DNA of 64,000 bases from Rhina ancylostomus (lineage: Eukaryota): contig JARFYF010000058.1 in NCBI GenBank assembly GCA_030265395.1, positions 20,151,006-20,215,005 on the forward strand, in the 5' to 3' direction. Below, piece by piece: positions 49,651-63,570 of this stretch. Each line of letters opens with the position of its first letter. The first letter of the stretch is position 1. The notes below the pieces were generated by a model. The model was not told the origin of the DNA. It saw only the letters and a program-made list of their open reading frames with translations, and did no database searches. A program made the translations under genes and the position numbers.

Positions 49651-52600
49651 ACTGGTAAGAAAGAATATCACCAAATGCATTTACTGCCACCGATACTCCA
49701 TTTCTACCAAGAGAAAAAGGAGCTACGAAGTTTGCCTCGATTTCTCCAGCCTTACCACATAAGAGTCCTCTGACATTCAAGGTTAGTTCTGGGGCCTTTC
49801 CCTGTGGAAGCTCAGATATTAGTCCTTCTGTGAATAGAGTTGAATATTGTATTTGTGTTGCAGGAAGCACACAACTTCACTAGTTTGGTAAATGTTGCTT
49901 GGGATTGTGTTTTGTTCAGCAGGTCATAATAACTACTTTTGATGTTCAGTCTTAATACCATTCCCAGCCAATGCTCTAGCCATTTTGACACCTTAATACC
50001 CCATGATCTTACCATCTTGGTATGTGAAGCAGCTAGGAGACTACTTAATAGATTTTTAAAAAATAGAAATAACAAAAAAAGCTTAAACAGAGCATCTACT
50101 TAAATTATAGGAATTAAAAAATGTACTGTTCAATAGACTTTGTTCCTTCCAACTGAATACTGAGTTATATCTAGTTAAGTGTTTTTAGTTCTGATTCTAT
50201 TATTTAAAATACTGCATTATAGCAAGAAAATGGGAGGGAATATTTTGCAACATTGCATGGAGGGAGCTTATTAAAAAATACAATGTCCTACAGAGGGACA
50301 AGTTTCACAGACAATTTGAACAGCCCCTGTAACAACATGGTATGATACACAGATGGCCAAACCTGCATGAGATCTGGCATTCACCACAGGATGCACATGN
50401 NNNNNNNNNNNNNNNNNNNNNNNNNNNNNNNNNNNNNNNNNNNNNNNNNNNNNNNNNNNNNNNNNNNNNNNNNNNNNNNNNNNNNNNNNNNNNNNNNNNT
50501 GCACATGTAACATGGTTTTGAATATAAATGGCTTAGAAATGGAGTTTACCCATTAAACCACCTTGGGGAAAGAACTAAATCCAGGAATCCTGTCTTAGAG
50601 GAGCCTATTGCAAATAGTCAGAATTAAAATTTTTTGTGCAATTCAAATATTAATCCCAACACTCCCCATCATTGTATCAATATAGTTTGTCTTCTTGGGA
50701 GATTTGATTCCAAATCAGTCCCAGTTCTATGTAGTCCCTCTGCATTCTGGATGTTGCCATATGCCCCAGTGTAGACCTTAAAATACATGGACCTGCTCAA
50801 ACACACAAAACACATTGAAATACGTGGAGTATTATTGATGCAATTTATCCTTCAACTGCTTTTATTTCTTTGACTTCACTTACTCCTTTACAGGACAGAA
50901 GCAGCTGAAATCCATTGTTTCTCCATTGTACATTTCAATTTACAATGTCATTGTAATGTAGTCAAACGTTGTCAGTACATCTTTGTATTTGTATTCTGTA
51001 TTTGTATTCTATTTGAAAACTGCATGGTTGGTTGTCAAGTTGAAATAGAAAGGTCACAAATACTCTTTGGTTTATGTTCAGTTAGATTCACAAAATGCTT
51101 CAACGTGTGCTGAATGTCTCATTTTAAAAATGACCAAATCTTAAAAGTACTACAATTGAGCAAAGTAAGAGTTTAAAATAAAAGCCCAAGTTGTCCTATG
51201 ACCACAGGGAAAGCTTTGCTTACAATTTCTTCTGCTTAAATTTCTCTCCCATTTCCATTTTGTACTCAAATGACTTGAGCTAAAACTTAATATTTCTCAA
51301 AATGCTTTCAATTCACACTAGTGTCATTGCATGGAGATATCTGAAACCACATAACACAATTGAGCTGGAAATCCACTAAAATCTAGCACTACAGGGAAAT
51401 ATTAAGCAGTTGTGACATCTGTACTTGTTTACTGTTTTATTATCAATTCTCTGGCTTTTTTTACTGTAATGTTCTGAATTGTAATAATGGAAAGTTACTG
51501 TCATAAAACAATTTAATTGTTAATTTAATATGCAAATATTTCATTGTTATTCAAAACTAAAGTGCTTTCATAAGCAGTGGATTTGTACTTGCTTAGCTAT
51601 AGTCTACTAGAAAATGAAGTGTGTGACCAGAATTAAATTGTCTATTTTACTGTGTTAGCTCACTGAGATGTAATAGATTTGAACACCTGCTTCTGTATTT
51701 GAAAAGTACAGAATGACCCATACCTTGTCACATGCTAACATTGTGAAGCTAATGTCCGAATAGGAGATAAACTATACAGAAAATCTTTATACAAGTCTTC
51801 TATTCTGACTGTTTAGCTAGCAGCTGTCGAATATTTCTTGTAGTTATTGACATTTTTATTGCAGCTTTCCAATGAATTTGTAATTGAGGCTTTATGTCTT
51901 CTTTATAGTGCTAAGATAGTAACTATTAGAATTAGAGAGAGGTAGGTGGAAGGGTTACAAAATCTTTGCCTAGGAAATCGGACCTGATCCTTGTCGAGTG
52001 CTCCAAACAGGTGCTCCATAATAACATTAATGCCTAATTAGAGACCTGCAAGAATTGATAAATTGGACAAAGACAACAATAAACTGTTAAGATAGCTTTC
52101 ACTGTTTTCACTGTTATTCATGTGTTGAAACTTTACCTGTGCAGTTGCTGGGGGCAGATGGCTGCAGAGATCACAACTGCCATCATTGCCATGGTGATGA
52201 CTGGGAAGACCTTAAATTGTAGCAGCCAGAGCAATGTCAAATATCCCATCAGGCTTTGGGAAGAGACTCTGCTGTCTAAGACATGTTGGAAACCACAGAA
52301 CCAAGAGGCACAGTGAAGAAAGGTCATGTAATTGACACATAGTCAGTCTTTGTGGACTATCCTGTTGTAAATATCCCACTGAGGAGGTATCTGGAGACCA
52401 AAACAAGCTGATGGGTGTTTAGGACCAGGCATCTTGTGGAAAAGGATATTTGATAGGTTACAAAAGCTCAGATAAACACTCTGGTGACTAAGGAATTAAC
52501 TGGTTAAAATAATTGTAGGATGGCACGAGCAGGAATTTGAAGTTAAAGTGATATATACTTGCGGATAGGGATTAGAATTACAGCTGTGTAAATGGCAATA

Positions 52601-54429
52601 AACTAAGCAAATGTTTGGAAGATATGCAAAATGTTTAAGGTGTCTTATCATATAATCAGCAGCAGCAGCTCCATAGACCAACCACTGAAGAACCACCTGA
52701 GTCGGGGACTCAGAAGAACTCACCAAGATTGAACCCCAGCCAAGTCCATCAAGAGTGGGTAGTATTTGAATACAAGTAGAGAGTTTGGGAAGTTGTGAAA
52801 GTAAACTAAAAAGTTGTTTAACTGAGAGTTGCAAAACTAAAGAGTTAATGAATCTTGTTTAAACTATGCAGTGAACCTTTGAGTTGTTTGAATCAGTCAT
52901 GATTAATGAAATAGCATAGTCATTAGGTAAAGTCATTGTCTGCTGTGTTTTATCATGTGTGTTTAATTGGCAACAGAATGTCTCTCTACAACAGCCCCAG
53001 AATAGCTGTATGTTTTTTTTCCTTTGGAGGAGAGGGGAAACTTGGTTGGTTGGTAATTAAGTCGACAGCCACACCTGAAGTGTTCCAATGTCTTGAAGTC
53101 CTGTGCTCCAAATACAGAGGTGCATAGCATGGACACACTGATTATCTAGGAAATACACATTGATGTTTGTACATAGATACTGAGCAATGAGAAATGGTTA
53201 TGGCAGAAGCTGAGAGTTAAACATGGATGTCAAAATGAGGACCCTTTAATTCCTGTCTTTGATAAATTAGTGGAATTCACTTTAATCTGTGCTGATAAAT
53301 GAAGGTCACAGACAGGTTCCTGTACAGGTGATGTCATTAGGTATGTGACTGACCCTGAACCTCACTAAGGTGAATCACACATAGCAGTGCCCGGCCAATT
53401 TCCTGATGGGCACTATTTAATCTAGAAATGACCGCTGGTAATGACTTAAAACAATGTGCATAAAAACTGTGTGTGCATGTCCAATTTCACAACACTGAAT
53501 GTTGGGAATTTAACAGCAGTCTTTTAAAGTTTGAAAATAAGTTTAACATTAATGGATACTGAAAAAAAAGTATCACATTTGAAATAAAAATCAGTTACTT
53601 GGTTTATAATTCTTTACATTTACAACAGTGGTTAGAATACTCAGTACTTCCCTCATCCTTGTCTATGTTGCTTTTGCAAAGAGGGCTTGGAAACATCATC
53701 GGCTAATGGTATCAGCTCCCAGCAGCCTTTCTTGCTCAGCTTTGCTGGAAATGAGGGCCAACTGGATGGCATGGTTAAGCATAGAACTGTCATCACTCTA
53801 GGGTCTGCTGGGGAAAGTAGACCAGGAGGGGGCTACCTAAAATATGGTGTCAATAAATCCCCAATGACCTTTCTTGCATAAGCTCTAATTAATGTTTTTA
53901 CCCCCAAAGGGAGTGGGTTGCCTTTGGAATCCTGTTGTAAATATGTATATTGGTACCTGGTGCTATCATGAGGGTTAATCTGAGATACTGATGAGGAACG
54001 AGGCAGTGATAGGATCTCTAGGGCAACACCTGTCAGAAGTAGGAACCTGACTTTTCTAGGTATTCTGGTGGGCCAGAAGTGGTGGAAATGGACACTCGCC
54101 ATTGCAAGAAAGAATCAGCCCTTTCAGCTGTGCTGCCCTTGTCCCAGCCCAGATCTTTATCAAGGCAAACCCTGATTTCCAGTGTGTTATCTTGTCATAC
54201 TGTAAGTGCATGGTTTACATTTTTTCCCTGTTAACTACCTGTAAATGCTTCCTTAAAACAAGTACAAAATATCACCAAAGGGTTGCTTAGATTAAGTAGA
54301 GACAGGATACACAGTGGGGAAATCAGGATCAATTTGTAACACAATACATGGATGATATAAGGGGTTTAAGAATAAATTCTCTACAAAACTAATACCATAG
54401 CATTTCCTTTCACATTCCCAACAGTCACA

Positions 54430-54647
54430 TTCCTTCATTTCCCTGAAATCTACTCTCATTTGCCCATCAACTTCCAGCCACATCACACATTAGGGACAAT
54501 TTACAGTAGCCAATTAACTTAATCATGGCTTTGGGATGTGTGGGGAAACTAGAAAAGCCACATGGTTATGCAAACTCCAGAGACAGCACCTAAAGCACGA
54601 ATCAAACAGCTCTCATTTGGTGTTGTGCCGCATTGTTGTGCCACTGA
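54430..54647 (-). mobile_element. Degenerate V-SINE
   Basis: CACATTAGGGACAATTTACAGTAGCCAATTAAC...TTTGGGATGTGTGGGGAAAC...TGCAAACTCCAGAGACAGCACC is the reverse complement of the V-domain. Confidence 0.75.
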
Positions 54648-55799
54648 TAATTCTCAATAGGGAAATGGAAAATCTGGCAACAATACAGGAGGATGTAAAA
54701 TAATTTTAGAAATGTACAGAACATAAAGAGGTACAGTGGAGCTTAGAACAAGCTCAGAAGTGTAGAGACAGACTGAAAAAGATGAAGAGGTTGCTCCTAA
54801 AAATACACTGAATGTGTAGATTGAAGAATGAACAATCTAGTTTATATTGATTCAAGTTAATCACAGATGTCCCGTTCAGGGCAAGCTTTGAAAACATGGT
54901 CAAGGATGAGGGAAGTACAGAGGAATACTCTGGATCTGCAGCACCCAATTTTTTTATTTTTATGCTACATAGCCTGCCCACAGTCAAAGGTTTGTTTAAG
55001 CTGTGCACACCACACCTCTGATAAGTACAACACTCTGGTTTTGATAAAGGGATTCTGCACAAGCATCCCTAATGACCAGAGCATTCAGATGATTATACCA
55101 AATGTGCAATGCTGATTTAATGCCAGCCATTTCAAATGCGACACTCCAATAATGTGCACTAAGTGGTATCAGTGACAGGCAAAACCAATACTATATAAAA
55201 AGGGATAATGAAGGGCTTGCAGTTTATTTGCTGGATTACTTCTTTGCTTGCTGGTACATTTACATGCATATTAGATCACTCTTTTAATTGACTAGAAAAC
55301 TTTAAGTAGACTGCAGAATATCTTCAATAGCCTGCCTCATGCAAAAAAATCTGGTTGTTGATTGAAAATCTTGTACTGAAATAAGTCGCTTCATGCATAG
55401 ATGGCATAGCAATCATTCCCCTTGAAATTGAACTGATCAGAGAGGAACAGAGGCCACTCAGAGCAGGCAAGCTGCCTGAATAGAGGAAGGAATTCAGTGA
55501 AGGACATTTCCACTCAGGTTCTGTATACAATAGTTTTCATAATTTAACCACCAAAAAAACAATGCTTGAGGCATTTTCACTTTCTAGGCCATCCCCAGGT
55601 TATAATCTGGTTCTGTTTTGTTTTAAAACAGAAGTCCATAAAGTGAATTTGTCTGCAAGTTAGAAAATCCACAAAAAAAGGACTCATTATGGTAACCATA
55701 CCTCCAGTATTGTAATGAATTGCATCCCAAGTACACAAGGCTGACAAGAACGAACAATTATTGAAAAAGTGGAGAGGGAGTAAAATAGTTCTGCCATTT

Positions 55800-56720
55800 G
55801 TAGGGACGAATGAATGTACATACATCAGACTTCTCAGCTTAGTTATGGGAGAATATTCACATGTTTTGGTGTCTATTGGTCAGGTGTTCATAGGGATGTC
55901 CTGTACTGGAGGTTGTGACTGAAGTCCACCAATTCCTGGAACACATGTAAATTCAAAAAAAGAGCAAAGACAACATTGCCTGTAGCCATAAAGATGACGG
56001 TAACTCTGAATCTACGACTTTCTGGTCCCTTTCAGGCTGCTTTTGCAGGTATACAATATCCTGCAGTTTGCAGAAAACTAGTGCATTTGGGAGAGCACTC
56101 AGCACTTCTATTCAAAGAGAAGCAGTTACATTACATTACACCTTGACAGAAACAAGTGTTGGGAGTCTAAGAAGCTCCTCAGCTTCCCACAATGCTAGCC
56201 ATCACTATCTGCACTGCCTTGCATTTGCCGCATGACAACTCGGCCATATTCATCAAGCCAAGGAATTTCCATTCCCTCAACATTAAATTTCATGTAATCA
56301 GAGGCAGTACACATCCTACACGAATGCTCAATGTTCTGACAATACTCATATGATTGCTTTAGCCCAGTCAGTTTTTGTTTGGGATTACATTTGATGCACC
56401 AATAATTGACTGCAGGGCAATAAGGATTATCTTCTGATGATGCAGCTCACAGTTCCTCTATGGAATTCGTACAAACAGCAGGCCTACATTGAAAATCATG
56501 CTATCCCAGGGAACATTATAGAGCATAATGTAGTGTCCTCAAGCAATATTTCCACTATTTAGATAATTCTGGAAGAACTCTGCAATATTCAGCTGCATGG
56601 ATAATGGTTTGCGGTAGTGCGCTTCATGGTGTAGAACCTGGCCATTATTAACTTTGCCACCAGCTATCAGGGAAGAAGCAGAGACCCAGAAATATGAGAA
56701 TCAAGTACAAGGGAATATAT
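55800..56720 (+). pseudogene. PIF/Harbinger (HARBI1-like) transposase fossil, near full length
   Basis: Ordered motifs with stops and frameshifts: EVVTEVHQFL (from 55909), LPVAIKMTVTLN...SGPFQAA, FI...FHSLN (56267), *LQGNKDYLL (cf. WLLGDKGYPL, 56407), QAYIENHA...NIIEH, VLKQYFHYLDNSGRTLQYS (56535), NLAI. Confidence 0.88.
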
Positions 56721-57868
56721 AATGTTCACAGGATCTTTCTGCTCAAGAGACAGGTCATGAAATAATTAATGGAATGTCAGTAACCTCAACCATAATGATC
56801 CAGTTATTGAAAGTGACTTTACATTGTCCACTTTCAGACATAAAGTACTCTGGTAAGATACACAAATCATGACAAAATAAACAAAATCAGGCCTTTTAAA
56901 ATGTGCAATGGATGGTCAGCTCCATTTGCACAGCTGTGGAACCTACCATGATGGAATCTGATTGCTTCCATTCCAGCAACGCTAACTTCCATTGTAACAC
57001 AAACTATCTCCATCAAATGTTTGAAAGCTGTAGAAGTTAGACTTCTGCCATTCTTGCTTTGGATAATACTATTCAAAGGAGCTCCATGATATCACAATAG
57101 TCCACCAGTTTCTTCTCCACAAGGTTTGCAGGTTTACTGAGGCACAGTCACAGGAGATTAACATTGGTCACATGAGCTCAAACCTACTTTCTGCCTCCAG
57201 AATGCAAGCATTTCTGTTCCCATCCTGAGCACTTCCTCAATGCCTTTGTGGCCTTTATGTTAACCCTAACTCCTGCACGCCAGGAAGAAATGGTGTAGGT
57301 GACTGATCTAGACCAACAGCTGCTGAAGGTTATCTTTCAAGGCCAACAGCAGTCTGTAGTTAGGGGTCAGCAGCTTTTCACCACCTATTATGAAGTCCAT
57401 GGGGTGTCATCTCTTAGGAGCTCTAGAGAAGCACTAAGAGATGAACCAGCACAATGACTCACCTCGTGCAAGCCTGTCCTAGCCTCTAAAATAGATGCAA
57501 TGCTTGTCTCCATAAATATTGGTGCTGATGTCTGTTCTCCAGTTCCTTTTCTCTCTTATTCCACAGATTAGGCAGTTTACAATTTTATCAAATCTTACAC
57601 AAGGGACAATGGCTGGGGTGGCAGAGAGTGAGGAGAAAGTAAGTGCACGTTTACACCCTCTGAAGTCTGTCAGACAGAGAAGTTTGAGGACCATAGACAA
57701 CAGGATGAGAGGTGGAGGACTTGGTTTGCTGAAATGCTTGTTCAATTGCTTCAGCAAATGGACTCAGCAAATGTCCACTGGTCAGAACAATCTCCTCCAT
57801 GGAGATTAAAACACTCAGGTGCTTTTATTGTGTTCCATTTATTTTGTTTCTGGCGCAAGTGCTTTGCT

Positions 57869-57943
<75 letters not shown>

Positions 57944-59444
57944 NNNNNNNNNNNNNNNNNNNNNNNNNNNNNNNNNNNNNNNNNNNNNNNNNNNNNNNNN
58001 NNNNNNNNNNNNNNNNNNNNNNNNNNNNNNNNNNNNNNNNNNNNNNNNNNNNNNNNNNNNNNNNNNNNNNNNNNNNNNNNNNNNNNNNNNNNNNNNNNNN
58101 NNNNNNNNNNNNNNNNNNNNNNNNNNNNNNNNNNNNNNNNNNNNNNNNNNNNNNNNNNNNNNNNNNNNNNNNNNNNNNNNNNNNNNNNNNNNNNNNNNNN
58201 NNNNNNNNNNNNNNNNNNNNNNNNNNNNNNNNNNNNNNNNNNNNNNNNNNNNNNNNNNNNNNNNNNNNNNNNNNNNNNNNNNNNNNNNNNNNNNNNNNNN
58301 NNNNNNNNNNNNNNNNNNNNNNNNNNNNNNNNNNNNNNNNNNNNNNNNNNNNNNNNNNNNNNNNNNNNNNNNNNNNNNNNNNNNNNNNNNNNNNNNNNNN
58401 NNNNNNNNNNNNNNNNNNNNNNNNNNNNNNNNNNNNNNNNNNNNNNNNNNNNNNNNNNNNNNNNNNNNNNNNNNNNNNNNNNNNNNNNNNNNNNNNNNNN
58501 NNNNNNNNNNNNNNNNNNNNNNNNNNNNNNNNNNNNNNNNNNNNNNNNNNNNNNNNNNNNNNNNNNNNNNNNNNNNNNNNNNNNNNNNNNNNNNNNNNNN
58601 NNNNNNNNNNNNNNNNNNNNNNNNNNNNNNNNNNNNNNNNNNNNNNNNNNNNNNNNNNNNNNNNNNNNNNNNNNNNNNNNNNNNNNNNNNNNNNNNNNNN
58701 NNNNNNNNNNNNNNNNNNNNNNNNNNNNNNNNNNNNNNNNNNNNNNNNNNNNNNNNNNNNNNNNNNNNNNNNNNNNNNNNNNNNNNNNNNTCACCTACAT
58801 CATTCCTTTGATATGGTTAAACTTCTTCCTGCACTGCAAAATGTTCCTGGACTAACCTTTGTGGCAACGACCTCCAATTCTACTTCAGCCAATGTCTCCT
58901 GAGCATCTGTCTTGAGGCTTTCCAGCCCTCTGCAGATAAAGTACATATCACCACTGATCCATGTTTTCCATCATGACACCCAATAAAGTGATTGAAAACA
59001 TCGCTGCAATCAAAGTGTGCACCAATCAGCTAAAACCAGAGAAACCATGAATTTACTGTGGTACCTACAACTTAATGAAAATAGATGTAGGACAGTTGTG
59101 CTTTCTAATCCTAATGCCTGTATTGGTGAGTTTAAGTAATTTCACAAAAGGCACAATTGATGTAGGAGTACATGCTAAGGGGTGCACTGAAACTCAGTAT
59201 GGTAATCAAAGGCTCTGTGGGGAAGGATCTAGGGCCCTGCCACCACTGAACATGGAGGGACTTGTGCAAGTACCTCTCAAAACTTCATGAGTGCATAGTT
59301 TAAGGAGCAAACACGAGTCGTGTTGACTCATTGTAACAGAACGTATTGAAGTGATGGCACAATGAATGTAGAGAAATATTTCCTGGTTGTACTTATTGTG
59401 TATATCACTAATAAAATATTTTTGAAACAAAAATAATTCTCAAA

Positions 59445-59616
59445 TTAAAACAAAAAGTGCAGATGCCTGAAATCTGAAATAAAAACCCAGAAAATGCTGG
59501 AATCACTCAGCAGGTCAGGCAGCATCTGTGGAAGGAGAAATGGAGTTAGTGTTTTACATTGAAGGATATTCACCAGATGCTGTCCAACTTGCTGTGTCTT
59601 CAACATTTTCTGTTTT
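59445..59616 (-). mobile_element. Short palindromic Penelope-terminus-derived insert
   Basis: CAGAAAATGCTGGAATCACTCAGCAGGTCAGGCAGCATCTG is inverted relative to CAGATGCTGTCCAACTTGCTGTGTCTTCAACATTTTCTG. Possible 10-bp TSD AAAATAATTC at 59430-59439 and 59617-59626. Confidence 0.78.
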
Positions 59617-62600
59617 AAAATAATTCCCCCCCCCCCCCCCAAGCTATTTATCCATCTTTATGAACTTCACCTCTGGATTACAGTTTTTTTTAATAGGATT
59701 ACTGTGTGGAAATAAGACTGGGGCGACCTGTAAATGACAGCCACTCGAGAAACCATTACTTATAATAGGCACAAACAGACTATGGTTAATATAGTCTTAA
59801 TTTCTTCGGCTGATCCAATCACTCAAAGCTTAATTTATTACTAGTATTTGACCCACATCTCATGCATGTGCTTTTTATTCTTCTGCATTTTGCTTAAAAT
59901 AGCAAACAGAAGTAGATTGCACATTTTTGTCACTTTAAATGTTTTACTACATGGATTAAGCTTTTGTTTACCTGCTAAAATGGTGGATAGCACTGATAAA
60001 AACATTTATTTCAACGGAAGAGATACTCGCATCACCTAGCAATAAAGAGTGAGCATATCCTTTCGTTCAACTCAAAGTCAAAGGTCTCCCAATATCTCTG
60101 CCAAAAGAACATAGCTTAGATAATAATGAGCATCTCCAAGAGGGCAAATCATGGATAAAACTAAGCAGCATCCAATTGTGTTCCAGATGGCAAGCAGGGC
60201 TAGGTTTGCCACAGTCCATGAAATGGAAGATTCAACATTCTTAAAACAGATTATAAATCACAAGGTTACAAGCAGCACCAACAGTTTCTATGAATAGGTT
60301 TTTCGGAGTTGATTGATGCACTAGTGGGACCATTCACCAAAAAGCATCAAGAATAAATTCAAGTTGAAGCAAATTTCGCAATCAATAGGAGATTCAATTC
60401 CCCATTGTATACAATGACAAGAAATCACTATGCCTTTGCTACAGAGAATAAGGTGGATAATTTGAAGAATTATCTTCAGCAATGTACACTGAAAATTTAG
60501 AACACCGAATTGTTTATGCTTGCACTCTCACTGAGAAATGCTTGCTAATTTTTTTTTTGTTTACTTGTACAACTTTTGCCTGTGAGTAAATTGCTGGGAT
60601 TCTGGTGCAGTACAATATGGCAAAGAACTGGATAAAAGTTTGCCCATGATCATGTGTACTTTGCCAACAAACAATAAACCAGATCTCAATTCATTGATAG
60701 TGGATAAAACTCAAGGACTGCAGTTGAGTCATGGAACAGTTTTTCTCCATTTTGTTACTTCAATTTCACTACACTGAATCTCAGCAAAAGATAAGAGCTT
60801 AAAAGATCATTGAGTTTTCAAATGTAATGGATGAATCCTGTAACATTTGCAACATTCCTCCATTTGTATTCTGGGCAACATCTGATTTAAAAATGTTTTT
60901 GTCATTTACAACATATAGCCTCATAGGCAATTCTGCCAATAGAGAATGCTAAACTGACTGGAGCAAACCAATTTTGACTTTAGTCATGATAAATGGTACA
61001 TATATCAAGGTTTGATCAAAACTCTTCAGTAAGAACATCAAAGTAATATTCCAGTCACTGGCACCTCCTTTCACATTATAGTTTAGAGAAAGTCTGCAAT
61101 CAGATGGCAGCTGATTGGTTGAAAGTTGCAACAGGAATTGTTATGAACATAATCAGTTTAACCCAGATTAGTGCACTAAACTTTTGTCTGTTTATCAAGC
61201 AATTGAACCACATATCCCTTTTTCATATAATTATGCACTATATAAATGCATGTCTGCTGGCAAGGTTGGTATGGTTTGCTAAATTGCTGCAATTTGGAGA
61301 GTGAATGAGAATTTCTTAGAAATTAAAAAGCTTTCTGAAGAGTGATCATTTCTTCTCTTCCATATGTTCGACACCTGAATGAACGTGGTGAAATGGAAAG
61401 GTCGCCACAGGATGGAATTTCAGGAAAAGTTGGAATTGTCCTTGTAACAGATGGAAGAACAAGCCTGTTTTCCCCCCAGTATAGACACTGCTGGAAGTTA
61501 AGCACAAGTTTGAGAGAGCAATCCACATTTCAATATGTGCCTGAAAAAATTAAAGGAGTTTGCTGATTTTTGACTGGCCAAAGTCTGGAGTTATATCTTC
61601 AGACACCCGAGTACTCAGCTGAGAGCACTCTTCCCCTCAGAGCCAAAGGACTCTGGGGTAAAGACCAACTCCATACATCTGTGTGCAAAAGTCCTCAATT
61701 TCCTCATTGTGTCAATCTGTTACTCACTCACCCACCACAGTTTCTTTATGTACATTCTCAAGTGAGAACTTTTTTGGAAATTTGTTCCCTATACTCTTTG
61801 GAGAGGTCTTACAAGGCCTGCTGGCCACAACTGATATCATATTGCAAGGCCAGAAAAGTTCAGAAATACAGAACACGACTACGATAGCTGTCTTAGTCAT
61901 GACCCTAGCTGATGAAGCTTTGAATTCATGACATTCAAAAGCCAAAATTAATAAAACACTTAATTGTTAAATTATTAATCTTAATTGCATTTAGTTTTTC
62001 AAACTTAAACATTTAGCAAAAACTACACTGTTAACTGTAAAGCATTCTGAAACATCCTGAGATTATGAAAACTACTCTGAATGTCACTCACAGTTATTGA
62101 ATTACTACTAGACCATTTTCTTCATCTTGATATATAAAACTGATGCATACTAGGCATTTATCCATGTTTTGATATCTCTATGTTATATACAAAGCCCAAA
62201 TATAGCACTGTAGGAAGATTCTTTGATATTTTTCTACCCTTAAGACACCTGAAGATTATCTTTAGAATGCTGCATGTGGGCTTTCTTTGCTGTCTTACTT
62301 AAGGACCACAAACTAACAGAGACAGAACTTTATGTTTATAGTTAAGGAGTAGGAAGTGGGTTGGATAACGTTTAATGAAAAGCTGAGTATTAAAATTTGA
62401 TAAGCAAAACATCTGCAGGTCAGAATGATAGTTTTGAAATCCAGTTAATTGCAAACACGAGTGCAGCTTCAACATCTCACAGAAGCTTTAAAACCCACAA
62501 AGCCACATTTCTGCAGAGGGCTGCATGCCCATTATAGATTAAAATAGGCAAATTAGCACCACCTAATTGGACCAGTGCCTGAAAGTTAGTTAAATAGACA

Positions 62601-63570
62601 TCATTTCTCAATAATGAGGCCAAACCCAAGATCTCATTTCATTGGTCAGACCACAATGTTGAGAAATGAATCAAATCAATATTCTGACTCTACAAACTAG
62701 ATCACTATTTAATTCCCATTATATTGTGCAGATGTTCTACTCAGAAGCAGAGGTAATGTAACATCAGTTATGAGCAAGGTATTGTTCCACTAATGATATC
62801 TCTCACCTAGACACTGCCTGTGGTTCACAGATCTGCAAAGGTAACTGATATTCTGAAAGAATTATTTTGATCAACCAAGACAGTGAACAGAATTAGATTC
62901 AACAACTTAATGTTTCTTTAACAAATGAAAATATAGTGCATAGTTTAAACAGGATTCTTAGTGATATCTAACCAATTTTCCTTTGGAATTAAAAAATGCA
63001 TCCTTTAAATTCCATCATGTCTCTCCTACAGTGCATAATTAAATAAACATTTTGTGCTCACTCATTAACTTCCAAAGTCAGGAATCCATTTATTTCTAAC
63101 GTGAATTTAACTGCCTCACACATGGAGCAACAGGATGTATCAGAACAAGAATGAGTGGAAAATTATTCTCAGCATCTGTATATTGATATACCACAACGGT
63201 TGTCAAAGCAAATATTTCTCTCCTCCACACCCCCCACCCCAGAATTTCTCACGAAAGTCACTGGAAAGGGAAGCCCAAGCAGGACATTGAAAGAAATTGC
63301 AGAGGTTTATTGGACATTTGGAATCGCTTTAAAATTAGTGCCAGAGAGGGGTCCAACTGAAACAAGCACAAGGCAAAAATGTCAGCTCTATTGTTTCACT
63401 TCCAAATACAGTGAAGAAGAGAACAGAAATTCATAATTATCCTCTGCTCTTAACAGTGCAACATTCCAAGNNNNNNNNNNNNNNNNNNNNNNNNNNNNNN
63501 NNNNNNNNNNNNNNNNNNNNNNNNNNNNNNNNNNNNNNNNNNNNNNNNNNNNNNNNNNNNNNNNNNNNNN

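Noticed and set aside
57734-58902. Long ORFs (330-373 aa) with poly-Gly/Pro; similar ones at 2.4, 26, 27.3, 35.2 and 39.2 kb
   Set aside because: They are open only because they run through N-gaps and homopolymers.
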